From Desulfurococcales archaeon (GTDB lineage: Archaea; Thermoproteota; Thermoprotei_A; Sulfolobales; NBVN01): 58,257 nucleotides of DNA. Under the pieces are notes generated by a model that was not told the origin of the DNA, did no database searches, and was given only the letters and a program-made list of their open reading frames with translations. Numbering within the stretch: the first letter of the stretch is position 1; every line of letters begins with the position of its first letter. The position numbers and the translations under genes are program-made. The stretch is taken from positions 1-58,257 of the forward strand of contig JAGDWE010000056.1 of NCBI GenBank assembly GCA_023255965.1, in the 5' to 3' direction. Shown in pieces: positions 20,144 to 30,689 of this stretch.

Positions 20144-21616
20144 ATGAAGAAGTTGATTGAAAACAATATAACCTACTTAGTAGAGCAATTTTATTCTAAC
20201 CCTTCGCTTATTGAAGAATATATACATGAGGTATATGAAGTCATAGGTAAGGTAGAGGATAGGGTTAAGTCGTACATAACCTTAAGACCTCTAGAGGATG
20301 TTTTAGATGAATTCCGTAAATTACGCGATAGAATCAAATACGGGTTTAAGGGGAGATTACTCGGTATAGCAGTAGCAGTGAAGGACTGCATAGTTACTAG
20401 GGGCATTAGAACTACGTGCGCCTCTAGGATGCTTCAAGATTTTATACCGCCCTATAATGCAACAGTAGTTGAAAGGATAATTAACGAGGGAGGCATAATA
20501 ATAGGTAAGACTAACATGGATGAGTTTGCCATGGGATCAACAACAGAGAATAGCGCATTTTACGTAACTAGAAATCCGTGGGATTTAAGTAGAGTGGCTG
20601 GAGGGTCGTCTGGCGGGAGTGCTGCAGCAGTGTCTTCACGCGAAGCAAGCATAGCCCTAGGAAGCGATACAGGAGGGTCCATACGAACCCCGGCCTCTTA
20701 CACTGGTACTGTGGGCATGAAGCCGACTTACGGCTTAGTGAGTAGGTATGGTTTAATAGCGTATGCTAATAGCTTGGAGCAGATAGGCCCCATAGCAAGG
20801 AACTTATCTGATCTAACATTAATGTTAAGCATAATCAGTGGCCATGACCCAAAGGATAGCACGTCCCTTAAGATCTATGATACTAATTATGATAGATATC
20901 TATCTAAGGCTCCGTTGAAGAATTATAAAATAGCTGTAATTAAGGAATGCATAGAGCAGGGAGTCGACAGGGCTGTCATGCAAGCGTTTAATAGAGCCAT
21001 TAGTAGATTTGAGAGCGAAGGATTAGAAGTTACTGAGGTAAGCATGCCCTTAATTAAGTATGGACTACCTGCTTACTATATAATAGCCGATGCTGAAGCT
21101 AGCTCTAATTTAGCAAGATACGATGGCATTAGATATGGTTACCATGTAGGGGTGGGCGAGAGATCATACGACGACGTCTATTCTGAGGTGCGTAGCTATG
21201 GATTTGGGTTAGAAGTTAAGAGAAGGATATTATTAGGGACCTTCGTATTAAGTGCTGGATATTACGACCAATACTATCTAAAGGCATTGAAAGTTAGGAG
21301 ATTACTACGCAACGAGTTTGTAAGAATATTTAATCGCTATGACTTTATAGCTATTCCAACGACTCCTACACCACCTCCTAAGGTTGGTGAGGCGATAGAT
21401 GATCCGTTAAAACTTTACCTCATGGATATATATACCGTGCTTGCTAATTTAGTTGGAATTCCTGCGATCTCGATACCCGCTGATATAGTTGATGGACTAC
21501 CCATCGGAATACAAATACTTGGACCGGAATTGAGTGAAGGTTACCTGATAAACATCGCATATATTTATGAGGAAATTTCAAAGTTGAGGGACTTAACGCC
21601 ACCCCTGGTGGTTTAG
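20144..21616 (+). CDS. gatA: Asp/Glu-tRNA amidotransferase subunit A
   Basis: 490 aa with the amidase signature (..GGSSGGSAAAV.., ..GSDTGGSIR.PA..). Confidence 0.95.
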   Translation: MKKLIENNITYLVEQFYSNPSLIEEYIHEVYEVIGKVEDRVKSYITLRPLEDVLDEFRKLRDRIKYGFKGRLLGIAVAVKDCIVTRGIRTTCASRMLQDFIPPYNATVVERIINEGGIIIGKTNMDEFAMGSTTENSAFYVTRNPWDLSRVAGGSSGGSAAAVSSREASIALGSDTGGSIRTPASYTGTVGMKPTYGLVSRYGLIAYANSLEQIGPIARNLSDLTLMLSIISGHDPKDSTSLKIYDTNYDRYLSKAPLKNYKIAVIKECIEQGVDRAVMQAFNRAISRFESEGLEVTEVSMPLIKYGLPAYYIIADAEASSNLARYDGIRYGYHVGVGERSYDDVYSEVRSYGFGLEVKRRILLGTFVLSAGYYDQYYLKALKVRRLLRNEFVRIFNRYDFIAIPTTPTPPPKVGEAIDDPLKLYLMDIYTVLANLVGIPAISIPADIVDGLPIGIQILGPELSEGYLINIAYIYEEISKLRDLTPPLVV

Positions 21617-21617
21617 A

Positions 21618-23090
21618 ATGGTAAGTAACAACGTTGTTATAGGCTTAGAGATCCATACACAAATAACCTCATTAAAGACAAAACTCTTTTGTTCCTGTCC
21701 ATCGGACTATAGGGGGAAACCTCCAAATACTAACGTATGCCCTACCTGCCTAGGACTTCCAGGTGCTTTACCTGTAGTTAATGTTAATGCCATTAAGGCC
21801 GCTATAATGGTCGCATTAGCACTAAGGTGTTCTATTAGCGATTTACTGGTATTCACCCGTAAGCACTACTTCTACCCAGACCTTCCTAAGAATTATCAAA
21901 TATCACAGTACGACGGCATAGGTAGCATGCCGATAGCAAAGAACGGTTATGTGATTTTGAACATCGACGGCAATATTAAGAAGATTAGAATCCGTAGGAT
22001 AAATATTGAGGAGGACCCGGGTAGGTTGATTTATCCGACAGGATCATTATTAACTAGCAAGTACACACTAATAGATTACAATAGATCCGGGATAGCATTA
22101 CTCGAAATAGTCACAGAACCCGATATATCTACCCCTAAAGAGGCTAAGGTGTTTATAGATAAGATCAGATCAATACTTGAACACCTAGGCATCACTGATC
22201 CTAACTTAGAGGGTTCTATAAGAGTTGACGCCAATATATCATTAGCTGGGGGTTCTAGAGTAGAGGTAAAGAACATAAGTTCACCAAAGGATGTGGAAAG
22301 AGCGTTGGCCTACGAAATAATACGGCAAAGTAAAATGTTAGGAAGTGGTGAGGTAGTTAGGAGAGAGACCAGACACTGGGATAGCGTTAGGAAGGTAACA
22401 GTACCATTAAGAGCTAAAGAATTAGAGGAGGATTATAGGTATTTCCCTGACCCAGATCTACCACCTATTAAAATTACTAAGGAACTTATAATGGATATAG
22501 CTTCAAAACTACCTGAATTACCTGACCAACGTATAGAGAGGTTCGTAAGAAGTTACGGCATTAGCGAATACCTGGCCAACGTATTAGTCCTCGAAAAATC
22601 CTTAGCAGACTACTTCGAAGAATGTGTAGGTATATGCGGTAACCCGGAGCTAGTGGGTAACATAGTAGTTAACGATTTAAAAAGATGGATCGACGAGCTC
22701 AACTTAGAAGTTATTGAAGCTAAGAAGCTGCTGCCGGCGAACCAGCTATGTAAATTAATTCAGTTATTAATCAATAACTCGATAAACATAAAGATATTAA
22801 AGGAGGTGCTTCCTAAGGCATTAAGAAGCGGGAAGGACGTAATATCTATAATATACGAAGAAGGTTATATGGATATATCCGATGAGAAAATGCTCATGAA
22901 GATCGTTGAAGAAGTATTTAAAGAGAACCAGCAGGCAGTTAAAGATGCCTTAGATAACCCTAAAGCCATTAATTACTTAGTAGGACAGGTAATGAAGAAA
23001 ACCAAGGGAAGAGCTAATCCAAGCATCACCAACAAGTTGATCACCATGAAGTTAGCTGAAATTAGAGGAACGCCTAAGAATGATCGATGA
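21618..23090 (+). CDS. gatB: Asp/Glu-tRNA amidotransferase subunit B
   Basis: 490 aa, N-terminus ..IGLEIHTQI..KLFC.C.. and ..VCP.CLGLPGALPV.. typical of GatB. Confidence 0.95.
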   Translation: MVSNNVVIGLEIHTQITSLKTKLFCSCPSDYRGKPPNTNVCPTCLGLPGALPVVNVNAIKAAIMVALALRCSISDLLVFTRKHYFYPDLPKNYQISQYDGIGSMPIAKNGYVILNIDGNIKKIRIRRINIEEDPGRLIYPTGSLLTSKYTLIDYNRSGIALLEIVTEPDISTPKEAKVFIDKIRSILEHLGITDPNLEGSIRVDANISLAGGSRVEVKNISSPKDVERALAYEIIRQSKMLGSGEVVRRETRHWDSVRKVTVPLRAKELEEDYRYFPDPDLPPIKITKELIMDIASKLPELPDQRIERFVRSYGISEYLANVLVLEKSLADYFEECVGICGNPELVGNIVVNDLKRWIDELNLEVIEAKKLLPANQLCKLIQLLINNSINIKILKEVLPKALRSGKDVISIIYEEGYMDISDEKMLMKIVEEVFKENQQAVKDALDNPKAINYLVGQVMKKTKGRANPSITNKLITMKLAEIRGTPKNDR

Positions 23091-24033
23091 GTTAATTAAT
23101 AGAGTAGTTAATAACGTCAAAGACCTCAATTTTATGCGTAGTTTATTGGACGAAGCCGCTGATATATTAAGTTACGAGTATGAGAGGAATAAGGGCCTTG
23201 TCGAAGTACCAGCAAATGGCAATTACTTAATAATTGGTGACCTCCACGGTGACCTAATATCACTTAAATACATATTAAGTAATGTAAGAGGCTTGGACGA
23301 CAGTAGCCTAATATTCCTAGGCGATTACGTTGATAGAGGAAGATATCAACTTGAAACTCTGTCATCAATACTCTACATTAAATTAAAACACCCGGATAAA
23401 GTGTTTGTGTTAAGAGGCAATCACGAACCCCCTGATTTCCTGCCTGTTTACCCCCATGACTTCCCTAAAGAACTAGTAAGGACCTACGGATTTTTAGAGG
23501 GTAGAAGTATATACTCAAGGTTCACTCAATTATTTCAATTACTCCCTCACGCGTTAATAGTTGAACGCGTTGCGCTGGTGCTACACGGCGGCCCTCCAGT
23601 CCATAATATTGGTACAGCATCTAATAGATATGAGTACTTGCTAGGAGTAGATGATGAAGATAGGATTAAGATATTGGAAAGCGTATTATGGAATGATCCA
23701 ATTGAGGGAGAACCCTACTTCCTTCCTTCATATCGTGGTGCTGGATATATGTTTGGTTACAAGATCACCGAAGCTGCATTGCAGAAAACCGGTGCCGTAG
23801 TTATAGTTAGGGGTCATGAACCGTGCGTAAATGGATTTAAATTCAACCATAACATGAAGGTGGTTACCATATTCAGTCGTTTAGGAGCGCCGTATAATAA
23901 TAATGCCGCCTCATTTATGAAGCTTAACATAACTGATGGCGATATAACTACATCAGACTTTAATAAAGTAATTACTAAGATAGCTGGCAGCATTATAACG
24001 TTCACGTATAATGACCTAAAGAGCGTCCTCTAA
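23080..24033 (+). CDS. PPP-family Ser/Thr protein phosphatase (metallophosphoesterase)
   Basis: Motifs GDLHGD, GDYVDRG, RGNHE and LHGG in the canonical order. Its start overlaps the gatB end by 11 nt. Confidence 0.8.
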   Translation: MIDELINRVVNNVKDLNFMRSLLDEAADILSYEYERNKGLVEVPANGNYLIIGDLHGDLISLKYILSNVRGLDDSSLIFLGDYVDRGRYQLETLSSILYIKLKHPDKVFVLRGNHEPPDFLPVYPHDFPKELVRTYGFLEGRSIYSRFTQLFQLLPHALIVERVALVLHGGPPVHNIGTASNRYEYLLGVDDEDRIKILESVLWNDPIEGEPYFLPSYRGAGYMFGYKITEAALQKTGAVVIVRGHEPCVNGFKFNHNMKVVTIFSRLGAPYNNNAASFMKLNITDGDITTSDFNKVITKIAGSIITFTYNDLKSVL

Positions 24034-24116
24034 CATATCACACCCTCATCCTGCGATAAAGAGGACAGATAATTGCTATTAAAAACTTATTACATCTTAA
24101 TCAGTAGTACTAAGAG

Positions 24117-24848
24117 GTGACGCCCATCGCAGGTTACGATTTAAGCGAGATGTTCTCAATCAGGTTTAGTAAGGAGGATTTGGAAGCATTAAAAAGCGTC
24201 TTAAGCGAGATGAAGAACGTTGTTGAAATCCAAACATTTATTGGAGATATATGTGCGTTCTGTAGCGATACAGTTAGGTTGATCGACCTACTCTCTTCCT
24301 TAAGCCCTAAGGTTGGTGATGAACCGCTATTAAAGCATAGGGTATATCACTATAGAAAAGATGGTGTAGAGGTCTTTAAGAAATACAACATAACCCGTAT
24401 TCCATCAGTTGTCTTGCTAGAAGGTCAAATAAGATATATCGGAATGCCAGCAGGTGAGGAGCTTAGGGGATTTATTGAAACAATATTAAGATTAAGCAGC
24501 GGTAATAGCGGATTATCATCTAAAACTGTGAGCGAGCTAAGTAAAGTTAGCGGAAAAGTGCATATTGAGGTTATAGTAACACCTATGTGTCCCTATTGTC
24601 CATATGCTGCATTCATATCAAATATGTTCGCGTTCGAATCATTTAAGAACGGAAACAAGAATATTATATCGGACATTATAGAAGCTTATGAAAACCCCGA
24701 CATAGCAGATAGATATGGTGTTATGAGCGTGCCGGCCATAGCTATAAATGGTGAGATGGAATTCATAGGAGTCCCAAGTGAGGAGGAATTACTGGCTAAG
24801 ATCTCTGAAGCTCCAAGGAGAAAAGGATATAAAACACATAGATACTAA
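24117..24848 (+). CDS. protein disulfide oxidoreductase (two thioredoxin-fold units, glutaredoxin-like)
   Basis: 243 aa with two CxxC sites (CAFC in the N-terminal unit, CPYCPY in the C-terminal unit), as in archaeal PDO proteins. Confidence 0.75.
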   Translation: MTPIAGYDLSEMFSIRFSKEDLEALKSVLSEMKNVVEIQTFIGDICAFCSDTVRLIDLLSSLSPKVGDEPLLKHRVYHYRKDGVEVFKKYNITRIPSVVLLEGQIRYIGMPAGEELRGFIETILRLSSGNSGLSSKTVSELSKVSGKVHIEVIVTPMCPYCPYAAFISNMFAFESFKNGNKNIISDIIEAYENPDIADRYGVMSVPAIAINGEMEFIGVPSEEELLAKISEAPRRKGYKTHRY

Positions 24849-24871
24849 CCCCTTTAGAATAGTTCATAACA

Positions 24872-27433
24872 TTAATATTCACATGAACGACAGTCCCCTG
24901 CCTCCCCCTCACGCAGTATTGGTTGCCTTTTTATCTTAAATCTATCGGCAAGCGCTTTCCTGCTCTTTTGCTCTGCCTCAGCTATTTCCTCTAGATCCCT
25001 AAAACTCCTACCCAACTCCCTCTCGGTCTCCTCTCGAGCTAACCTCTCAGCTATTTTTATACCAAACTGTATTACCTGCCTGGACTTACTTTTATCCCTA
25101 TAGATAGTTATACCTTTACATCCTAATTTCCATGCCATTAAGTATACGTTCCTGACGTCATCGATCGTCGCCTCAGCCCTCATATTTATGGTTTTACTCA
25201 CGCCTTGATCCGTCCATTGCTGCCATACAGCTTGGTGTAGCAAGTGCCATAGAGGCTCTATATCATGAGCTGTTACAAATATCCTCCTTAAATTCTTCGG
25301 TATGAATGGATTATGAGATATGCTCCCAGATTCAGCCACCACCCTAATGACGTCAGGTTCATCCAATCCAAGCTCCTCCAGGTATTCGAGGAATAGCGGA
25401 TTAATCTCAATGAACGTGCCAACACTTACCTGCCTAATAAACGCTAATGCAAAGATAGGCTCTATACTTGATGAGGTACCAGCTATTATGGATATGGTAC
25501 CAGTAGGCGCTATACTCAACACTGTAGCATTTCTCAATCCGTATTTTAGTATTTGCCCCTTAAGGTAGTCCCAATCAACTTTAGGTCTTTCCATAACTAA
25601 GGCTCTAACATGGTCTGAGGGCGAACCCTCGATACCCGCCAACTTAAGTATTTCCTCTAAGGACTTTCTATAATCCCATATAAACCTATATAACTTGGGA
25701 TTCCATGCTGGGAAGGGCTTTCTCTCCATAGCTAATTCAACACTCGCGATGTATGCGTTGTAGAGTATCCATTCAGCTAAATGGTACGCTAGGTATAGGG
25801 CATCAATGGAATTGTAGGGAATGTTTAACTTTATAAGCATATGTGCCCAGCCCATAACACCTAAGCCTATTTTCCTAGATTTCTTAGTTTCCCTCTCAAT
25901 TTGTGGGAGCGGATATTTATTTAAGTCAATCACGTTATCCAAGAACCTGAGTGCAAGCTTCACGTCATTAGCTAGCTCGTTCCATAGTATTACGGCTCTC
26001 CCATCCACATTAGAAACGTATTTTTCAAGATTTATAGAACCTAAGTTGCAGGACTCCCACTCACGTGCTGGCACCTCGCCGCAAGGGTTAGTCGCATTTA
26101 TTTTACCTAAATACCATACCGGATGCCGCCTATTTATGGTATCTATGAATAGCAATCCAGGATCACCAGAATCCCAGGCACACCTGACTATTTCATTAAA
26201 TAACTCTAACGCGCTAACCGTGTTAACTATAGCGTTTTCCTTCTTAGCTATCTCTAAAGCCTCATCAAATGTAATTAATAATGATTTGTCTAATTCTATA
26301 GACCCGCCGGCTTCTTCTAGTTCGTTAATTATTGCCTCCTGAACCCATTCTTCATCCATGTAACCTCTTGCCCAGACGATGGCGTAGTATCGAGAATCGT
26401 TATGTCCTGGAATTAGGCAAGTTAAACGTGGATTTATCAGATGCCATACGCCCCCCTCTTCAAGCGCCTTCATGAAGATGTCATAAACGCCTACGGATAT
26501 ATTGAAGTTCTGAAGATTTACATCCTTCAGTTCTCCTGATTTACTTTTAATGAATTTAAGTATATCTGGATGCCATACGTGAAGTACTCCCATATTAGCG
26601 CCTCTCCTCCTACCGCCCTGCTTAATAACGTCTGTAGCTGCATCGTACATCTTCATGAATGAAACAGGTCCCGAGGCAACCCCAGCGGTACTTGCAACCA
26701 CATCGCCTTCAGGTCTCAGCTCTGAAAAGGAGTATCCAGTACCTCCTCCCTGTTGATGGATTAATGCTGATGCCCTCAACGAGTCCATAATGCCCTCGCC
26801 CTCAGGAGTGGTCAACGCGTCCCTCACAGGTAGAACAAAGCACGCCGAAAGCAACCCCAGCTTAGTTCCTGAATTCATTAATGTGGGGCTGTTTGGAATG
26901 AATTTCTGTGAAATCATTAAATCATAGAATTTCTTAGCAAAATACTCCTTAGCATTGCCTTCAATGCTAGCAATGTAATTAGCCACCCTCATAAATAACA
27001 TCTTAGGTGTCTCAAGATATCTTAAGCTTCTGCTGTCCTTAAGTAGATATCTGGATTCTAGAACCTTAAGTGCTTGGTAGGTGAACTTGAAGTCATCTTC
27101 ATCTATAGCATTCCATCTACCTTTACCGTAGACATCATTATATATCCTAGATAGGACGTAGGTTCTAGCGCTTAATTCGAATTTAGGATCAATGATAACC
27201 CTGCTTATTAATGCTTTCTCAACGAGATCTGCTATGTATTTAGAATTCACTACAGTCCTCTCTTTAATGTTATTAATGACTTCATCAACCACCTCATCAA
27301 GGTACTGAAGCAAGTTATACTTAGCCAGAGCTTTTGTTATCGAATTCCTTAACTTAGATACAGCAAAGTACTCACTTCTGCCGTCTCTCTTCATCACCGC
27401 GAGCTGCGATAATGAAGTACTGATACTCCTCAC
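24872..27433 (-). CDS. nrdJ: ribonucleoside-diphosphate/triphosphate reductase, class II (adenosylcobalamin-dependent) with N-terminal ATP-cone
   Basis: 853 aa. ATP-cone-like N-terminus ([11 protein letters not shown]..), RNR core blocks (..PNSPTLMN.., ..SACFV.., ..NPCGE..) and a C-terminal CRSCEY tail. Contiguous, with no intein-sized insertion. Confidence 0.9.
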   Translation of the reverse strand: MRSISTSLSQLAVMKRDGRSEYFAVSKLRNSITKALAKYNLLQYLDEVVDEVINNIKERTVVNSKYIADLVEKALISRVIIDPKFELSARTYVLSRIYNDVYGKGRWNAIDEDDFKFTYQALKVLESRYLLKDSRSLRYLETPKMLFMRVANYIASIEGNAKEYFAKKFYDLMISQKFIPNSPTLMNSGTKLGLLSACFVLPVRDALTTPEGEGIMDSLRASALIHQQGGGTGYSFSELRPEGDVVASTAGVASGPVSFMKMYDAATDVIKQGGRRRGANMGVLHVWHPDILKFIKSKSGELKDVNLQNFNISVGVYDIFMKALEEGGVWHLINPRLTCLIPGHNDSRYYAIVWARGYMDEEWVQEAIINELEEAGGSIELDKSLLITFDEALEIAKKENAIVNTVSALELFNEIVRCAWDSGDPGLLFIDTINRRHPVWYLGKINATNPCGEVPAREWESCNLGSINLEKYVSNVDGRAVILWNELANDVKLALRFLDNVIDLNKYPLPQIERETKKSRKIGLGVMGWAHMLIKLNIPYNSIDALYLAYHLAEWILYNAYIASVELAMERKPFPAWNPKLYRFIWDYRKSLEEILKLAGIEGSPSDHVRALVMERPKVDWDYLKGQILKYGLRNATVLSIAPTGTISIIAGTSSSIEPIFALAFIRQVSVGTFIEINPLFLEYLEELGLDEPDVIRVVAESGSISHNPFIPKNLRRIFVTAHDIEPLWHLLHQAVWQQWTDQGVSKTINMRAEATIDDVRNVYLMAWKLGCKGITIYRDKSKSRQVIQFGIKIAERLAREETERELGRSFRDLEEIAEAEQKSRKALADRFKIKRQPILREGEAGDCRSCEY

Positions 27434-27520
27434 CTAATTAATCATTACCTAATTTCATTAATAAAAACGAATTCAATGTTAAGGCGCAACCGCCTAATAT
27501 GTGGTGGTAATACCATCACC

Positions 27521-28651
27521 TTACACAGCCTTAAATTTCTCATACCATGACTCATAAACTTTAACGAGTTCTTTGGTAACGCTAGGCTTTCTACTCCTTA
27601 TTACCTCCATAAAGTCATCCATGGTAATCCTCCTAGGCTCTCCTACACCACCATATTTTTCGAACAATTCTTTAACGGCTCTTAAATGTGTAGCCATAAC
27701 TATGTCCCTTATATCGCTACTCGTATATCCATCGAGGGTTTCAGCTAACTTATCTAAATCTACATCATCGGATAGCTTTAAACCGTTAGTATATAGTTTA
27801 AGTAATTCCAATCTAGCCTCCCTATTTGGTAATGGCACGTAAATCCTCTTCTGGAACCTCCTTATGAATGCATCATCTAATCTCCAGGGCTTATTAGTTG
27901 CCGCTATAACGTACACTAAGTACTTAAATGATTTATCTAGCACTCCATCCATTTCTTTTAAGAACTGATTTCTAACTCTAACCTCACCACCTACCTCATT
28001 ACTAAAAACACCTAGGAGTGAATCCACTTCATCGATGAAGATAATGACTGGTCTGCCACTCATTGATAATTCTCTGGCCTTCTTAAATATTTTTGCAACG
28101 TTCTTCTCCGCCTCACCAAGCCACTTAGACATGATAGTTGCTGCGTCTAGATGTATAAATACACCATCAACCTCAGTTGCAATGGCTGCAGCTAATAAAG
28201 TCTTACCGCAGCCTGGCGGGCCAAATAACAATATACCTCTATGCCATCCTAACGGAAATAAGTCAGGTCTTTTAGTAGGGTATATAATGGCCTCTCTAAT
28301 TGCTTCCTTAGCCTCCTCAAGATCGGCTATATCGTTGAATTTAATCCCAGGTTTATCCTTAAGCACGACGTCCTCCACTACGTCATCCGACTCAACCATA
28401 CTCGCATTACTCGTAGCTGCCAACTTAAGTGACTCCAGATCCTTAATTCTTTTTTCGTATTCCTTAATCCATTGTCTGTACACAGAGTTAAGGCCGTTGT
28501 CCGGATAAAGGGAAATTATTTTCTTAAGCAAATCAACAACCTTTTTATAGTGCTTTATCGCATCATCGTATTTACCTTCTTTATCAAACCTAACTGCCTG
28601 GATAGCGTGTTGCCTAGCCATTCCTTCAAGGTATTCAAGAGTATGACTCAA
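27521..28651 (-). CDS. cdvC: Vps4-like AAA ATPase CdvC
   Basis: 376 aa. N-terminal MIT-like three-helix region, Walker A GPPGCGKT and Walker B IIFIDEVD. Last gene of the cdvA-cdvB-cdvC order. Confidence 0.9.
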   Translation of the reverse strand: MSHTLEYLEGMARQHAIQAVRFDKEGKYDDAIKHYKKVVDLLKKIISLYPDNGLNSVYRQWIKEYEKRIKDLESLKLAATSNASMVESDDVVEDVVLKDKPGIKFNDIADLEEAKEAIREAIIYPTKRPDLFPLGWHRGILLFGPPGCGKTLLAAAIATEVDGVFIHLDAATIMSKWLGEAEKNVAKIFKKARELSMSGRPVIIFIDEVDSLLGVFSNEVGGEVRVRNQFLKEMDGVLDKSFKYLVYVIAATNKPWRLDDAFIRRFQKRIYVPLPNREARLELLKLYTNGLKLSDDVDLDKLAETLDGYTSSDIRDIVMATHLRAVKELFEKYGGVGEPRRITMDDFMEVIRSRKPSVTKELVKVYESWYEKFKAV

Positions 28652-28688
28652 TTAGCCCACCACGAAATAAGCTGATTAATTATAAAAA

Positions 28689-29585
28689 CTAAAATATTAT
28701 TTTATTCTTCTCCTTTAATGACCTTAATGCCTGTAGTATCTCCTCTTTACTTACATTAAATTGTTTAGCCGCATCAGCAACATCTATAAATCCACCATGA
28801 GCTATAACGTACTCTAGCACCTTACCCTCTAGGGACCTATCTTTAACTCGATTTAGCTCACGCCTGCTATCAATTTGCTGCACCTGAGCATTTGACTCTA
28901 CAGCATCTGTGACATTAGTCGCTAATTCTTTTATGGTTGATGACTGAGGATTTTGTGCGTTGGAAGTTTTAAGTAATTCATCTGGTATTTGAGGTAATGA
29001 CTTACTTAATTTAGCTTCAGCTACTTCCTTAACTTCCTGAAGTATTTTCTGGGCCTCGACGGACATCGCATCAGAGATCTTATCCTGCGGAACAACGCTT
29101 CCAGACGTCGTGACTATTAAGTTCCTAATTTCCGTCGATAATAGCTCTATGCCAGTAGCTACCTCAGGGACTACATTGCTTATCTGTCCTTTTAAAACAT
29201 TTAATATGCCTAAGACCGAAGTTAGCGTTGGGTTAACGTTGCTTATTTCCTTAATGGTCTCTATACGCAATATCGCCTTCTCCAGGGCTAAGACAGCGGT
29301 GTATATATTCATAATTATCTTCCTAATCTCAGCAAGCTCATTAACGTATATAGTCGACTTGGCTTTATCACCTTTAACGTAGGCAGTAATAGCAGATTTA
29401 AATAGCTCATCATGCCTAGCCTTTAAACGGCTTACGGTCTCCTCAAGCATATCCCTATATTCCCTTAATTTAATAACTATCTCAAGAATTGACTTCCTTA
29501 GAGTCCTCTTACTACTCCATGTAGTGAAGACTTTAAGGAACTTAGTGAACCTCCCTAAGTCGCTACTGATGGCTACTACACTCAC
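28689..29585 (-). CDS. cdvB: ESCRT-III-like protein CdvB with C-terminal winged-helix domain
   Basis: 298 aa. Snf7-like helical core (..STIYVNELAEIRKIIMNIYTAVLALEK..) and C-terminus ..GGFIDVADAAKQFNVSKEEILQALRSLKEKNKI.., matching the wH tail of Sulfolobus CdvB as I recall it. Confidence 0.75.
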   Translation of the reverse strand: MSVVAISSDLGRFTKFLKVFTTWSSKRTLRKSILEIVIKLREYRDMLEETVSRLKARHDELFKSAITAYVKGDKAKSTIYVNELAEIRKIIMNIYTAVLALEKAILRIETIKEISNVNPTLTSVLGILNVLKGQISNVVPEVATGIELLSTEIRNLIVTTSGSVVPQDKISDAMSVEAQKILQEVKEVAEAKLSKSLPQIPDELLKTSNAQNPQSSTIKELATNVTDAVESNAQVQQIDSRRELNRVKDRSLEGKVLEYVIAHGGFIDVADAAKQFNVSKEEILQALRSLKEKNKIIF

Positions 29586-29597
29586 TGGCTCCCCCTC

Positions 29598-30302
29598 TTA
29601 ATGATCGACTACCTGAACTTGAATCGGCGTGGGCGTACTGGTTATAGGTGGTTGAGGTAATTGTTGAATTGATGCTGGAGCTTTAGTCTCTAGAGGTTCT
29701 GCCTCCAACTTCTCCACTAACTCTAAGTGCCTCTCTATATCCTTCTTCTCATCTTGAGCCTTGGTTTTAGATTGCCTGAGGTAATCTATTGACGCCTTAT
29801 ATGACGCCTCGCTTACTTCATTAGACATATAGAGGATCATTAAATTCGATATAGCTTTCTCCAACCTTATTATGTGATCTTCTAAATCGTTTGCCCTCTG
29901 TCTAAGCCTACCCTTAACCTCCCTAACTTTCTCTTTGATCCTTGTAAGCTCCTTATCTAACCTGCCCTTTATCTCCTCATACGCATGACCCGGAATACTA
30001 CCCTTTCTGTACAATTCCTCAACAGCCCTCATCCTCTTTCTAATCCTATCAAGCTGATTCTCAACAGACACCGCATCAACCTTCCAATCCTGGATTACAA
30101 CTATACCATCTGGGGTTAATTTCAACTTCTCTGACGAGATGGTTTTATAATTATCTTCATTTAGAGCCACTTCGATAGACTCTACATTGCCAGAAACATC
30201 TGAATATATTGACAGAAGGGTCCCCACATACCTACCATATTCATCCTTTATTTTCTGACCCAAGTATCTCTCAATTTGATCTATAGTAATTACCATTACC
30301 AT
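29598..30302 (-). CDS. cdvA: cell division protein CdvA (PRC-barrel plus coiled coil)
   Basis: 234 aa. N-terminus ..YLGQKIKDEYGRYVGTLLSIYSD..G.V..IEV.. (PRC barrel), a long coiled coil and a Pro-rich C-terminal tail. First gene of the cdv operon. Confidence 0.8.
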   Translation of the reverse strand: MVMVITIDQIERYLGQKIKDEYGRYVGTLLSIYSDVSGNVESIEVALNEDNYKTISSEKLKLTPDGIVVIQDWKVDAVSVENQLDRIRKRMRAVEELYRKGSIPGHAYEEIKGRLDKELTRIKEKVREVKGRLRQRANDLEDHIIRLEKAISNLMILYMSNEVSEASYKASIDYLRQSKTKAQDEKKDIERHLELVEKLEAEPLETKAPASIQQLPQPPITSTPTPIQVQVVDH

Positions 30303-30359
30303 ACACCGTATGAATAACTACTAAATACTTAATCTTAAAAAACTTCAGACATTTAATCT

Positions 30360-30689
30360 AACCAACCCGCTCCCCCAAGAGCGGTTATTGATTTTCATAT
30401 TCGTTGATTGCCACCCCCAGGCCCCTGCCGCTTTCCTGGGGCGGTTCTCGGAAGCCGGGGTCGCCGACATATCTATAGGGGGTTTATAGACCTAGAAGTT
30501 AAGGCTAGGCAAGCACACGACCTCGGTGTACCTCATGGCACTAAGGGGGATTACGAAGCAAAAAAGCAAACGAGCCCGATGACCATGAAATATGTTACAG
30601 CCCCAGCATTCTCCTACCTACCGCGACCTCCCTTCACTTTTAATTACTTTTAGTCACAGTAGGGGTCGGGTTCTCATAGCGGTTTATTC
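30360..30689. other. GC-rich non-coding block upstream of the TnpB-like pseudogene (IS end or structured RNA candidate)
   Basis: Composition jumps to GC-rich. Hairpins include CCGCTC-cccaa-GAGCGG, CCCCAGG..CCTGGGG and CCTAG-aagttaagg-CTAGG. The ORFs predicted here have implausible composition. Confidence 0.3.

Noticed and set aside
24872-27433. Looked for inteins in nrdJ, and also in rtcB, pan, secY and gatB.
   Set aside because: All have lengths and contiguous motif spacing typical of intein-free homologs. No Cys/Ser...His-Asn splice-junction insert or LAGLIDADG block was seen.
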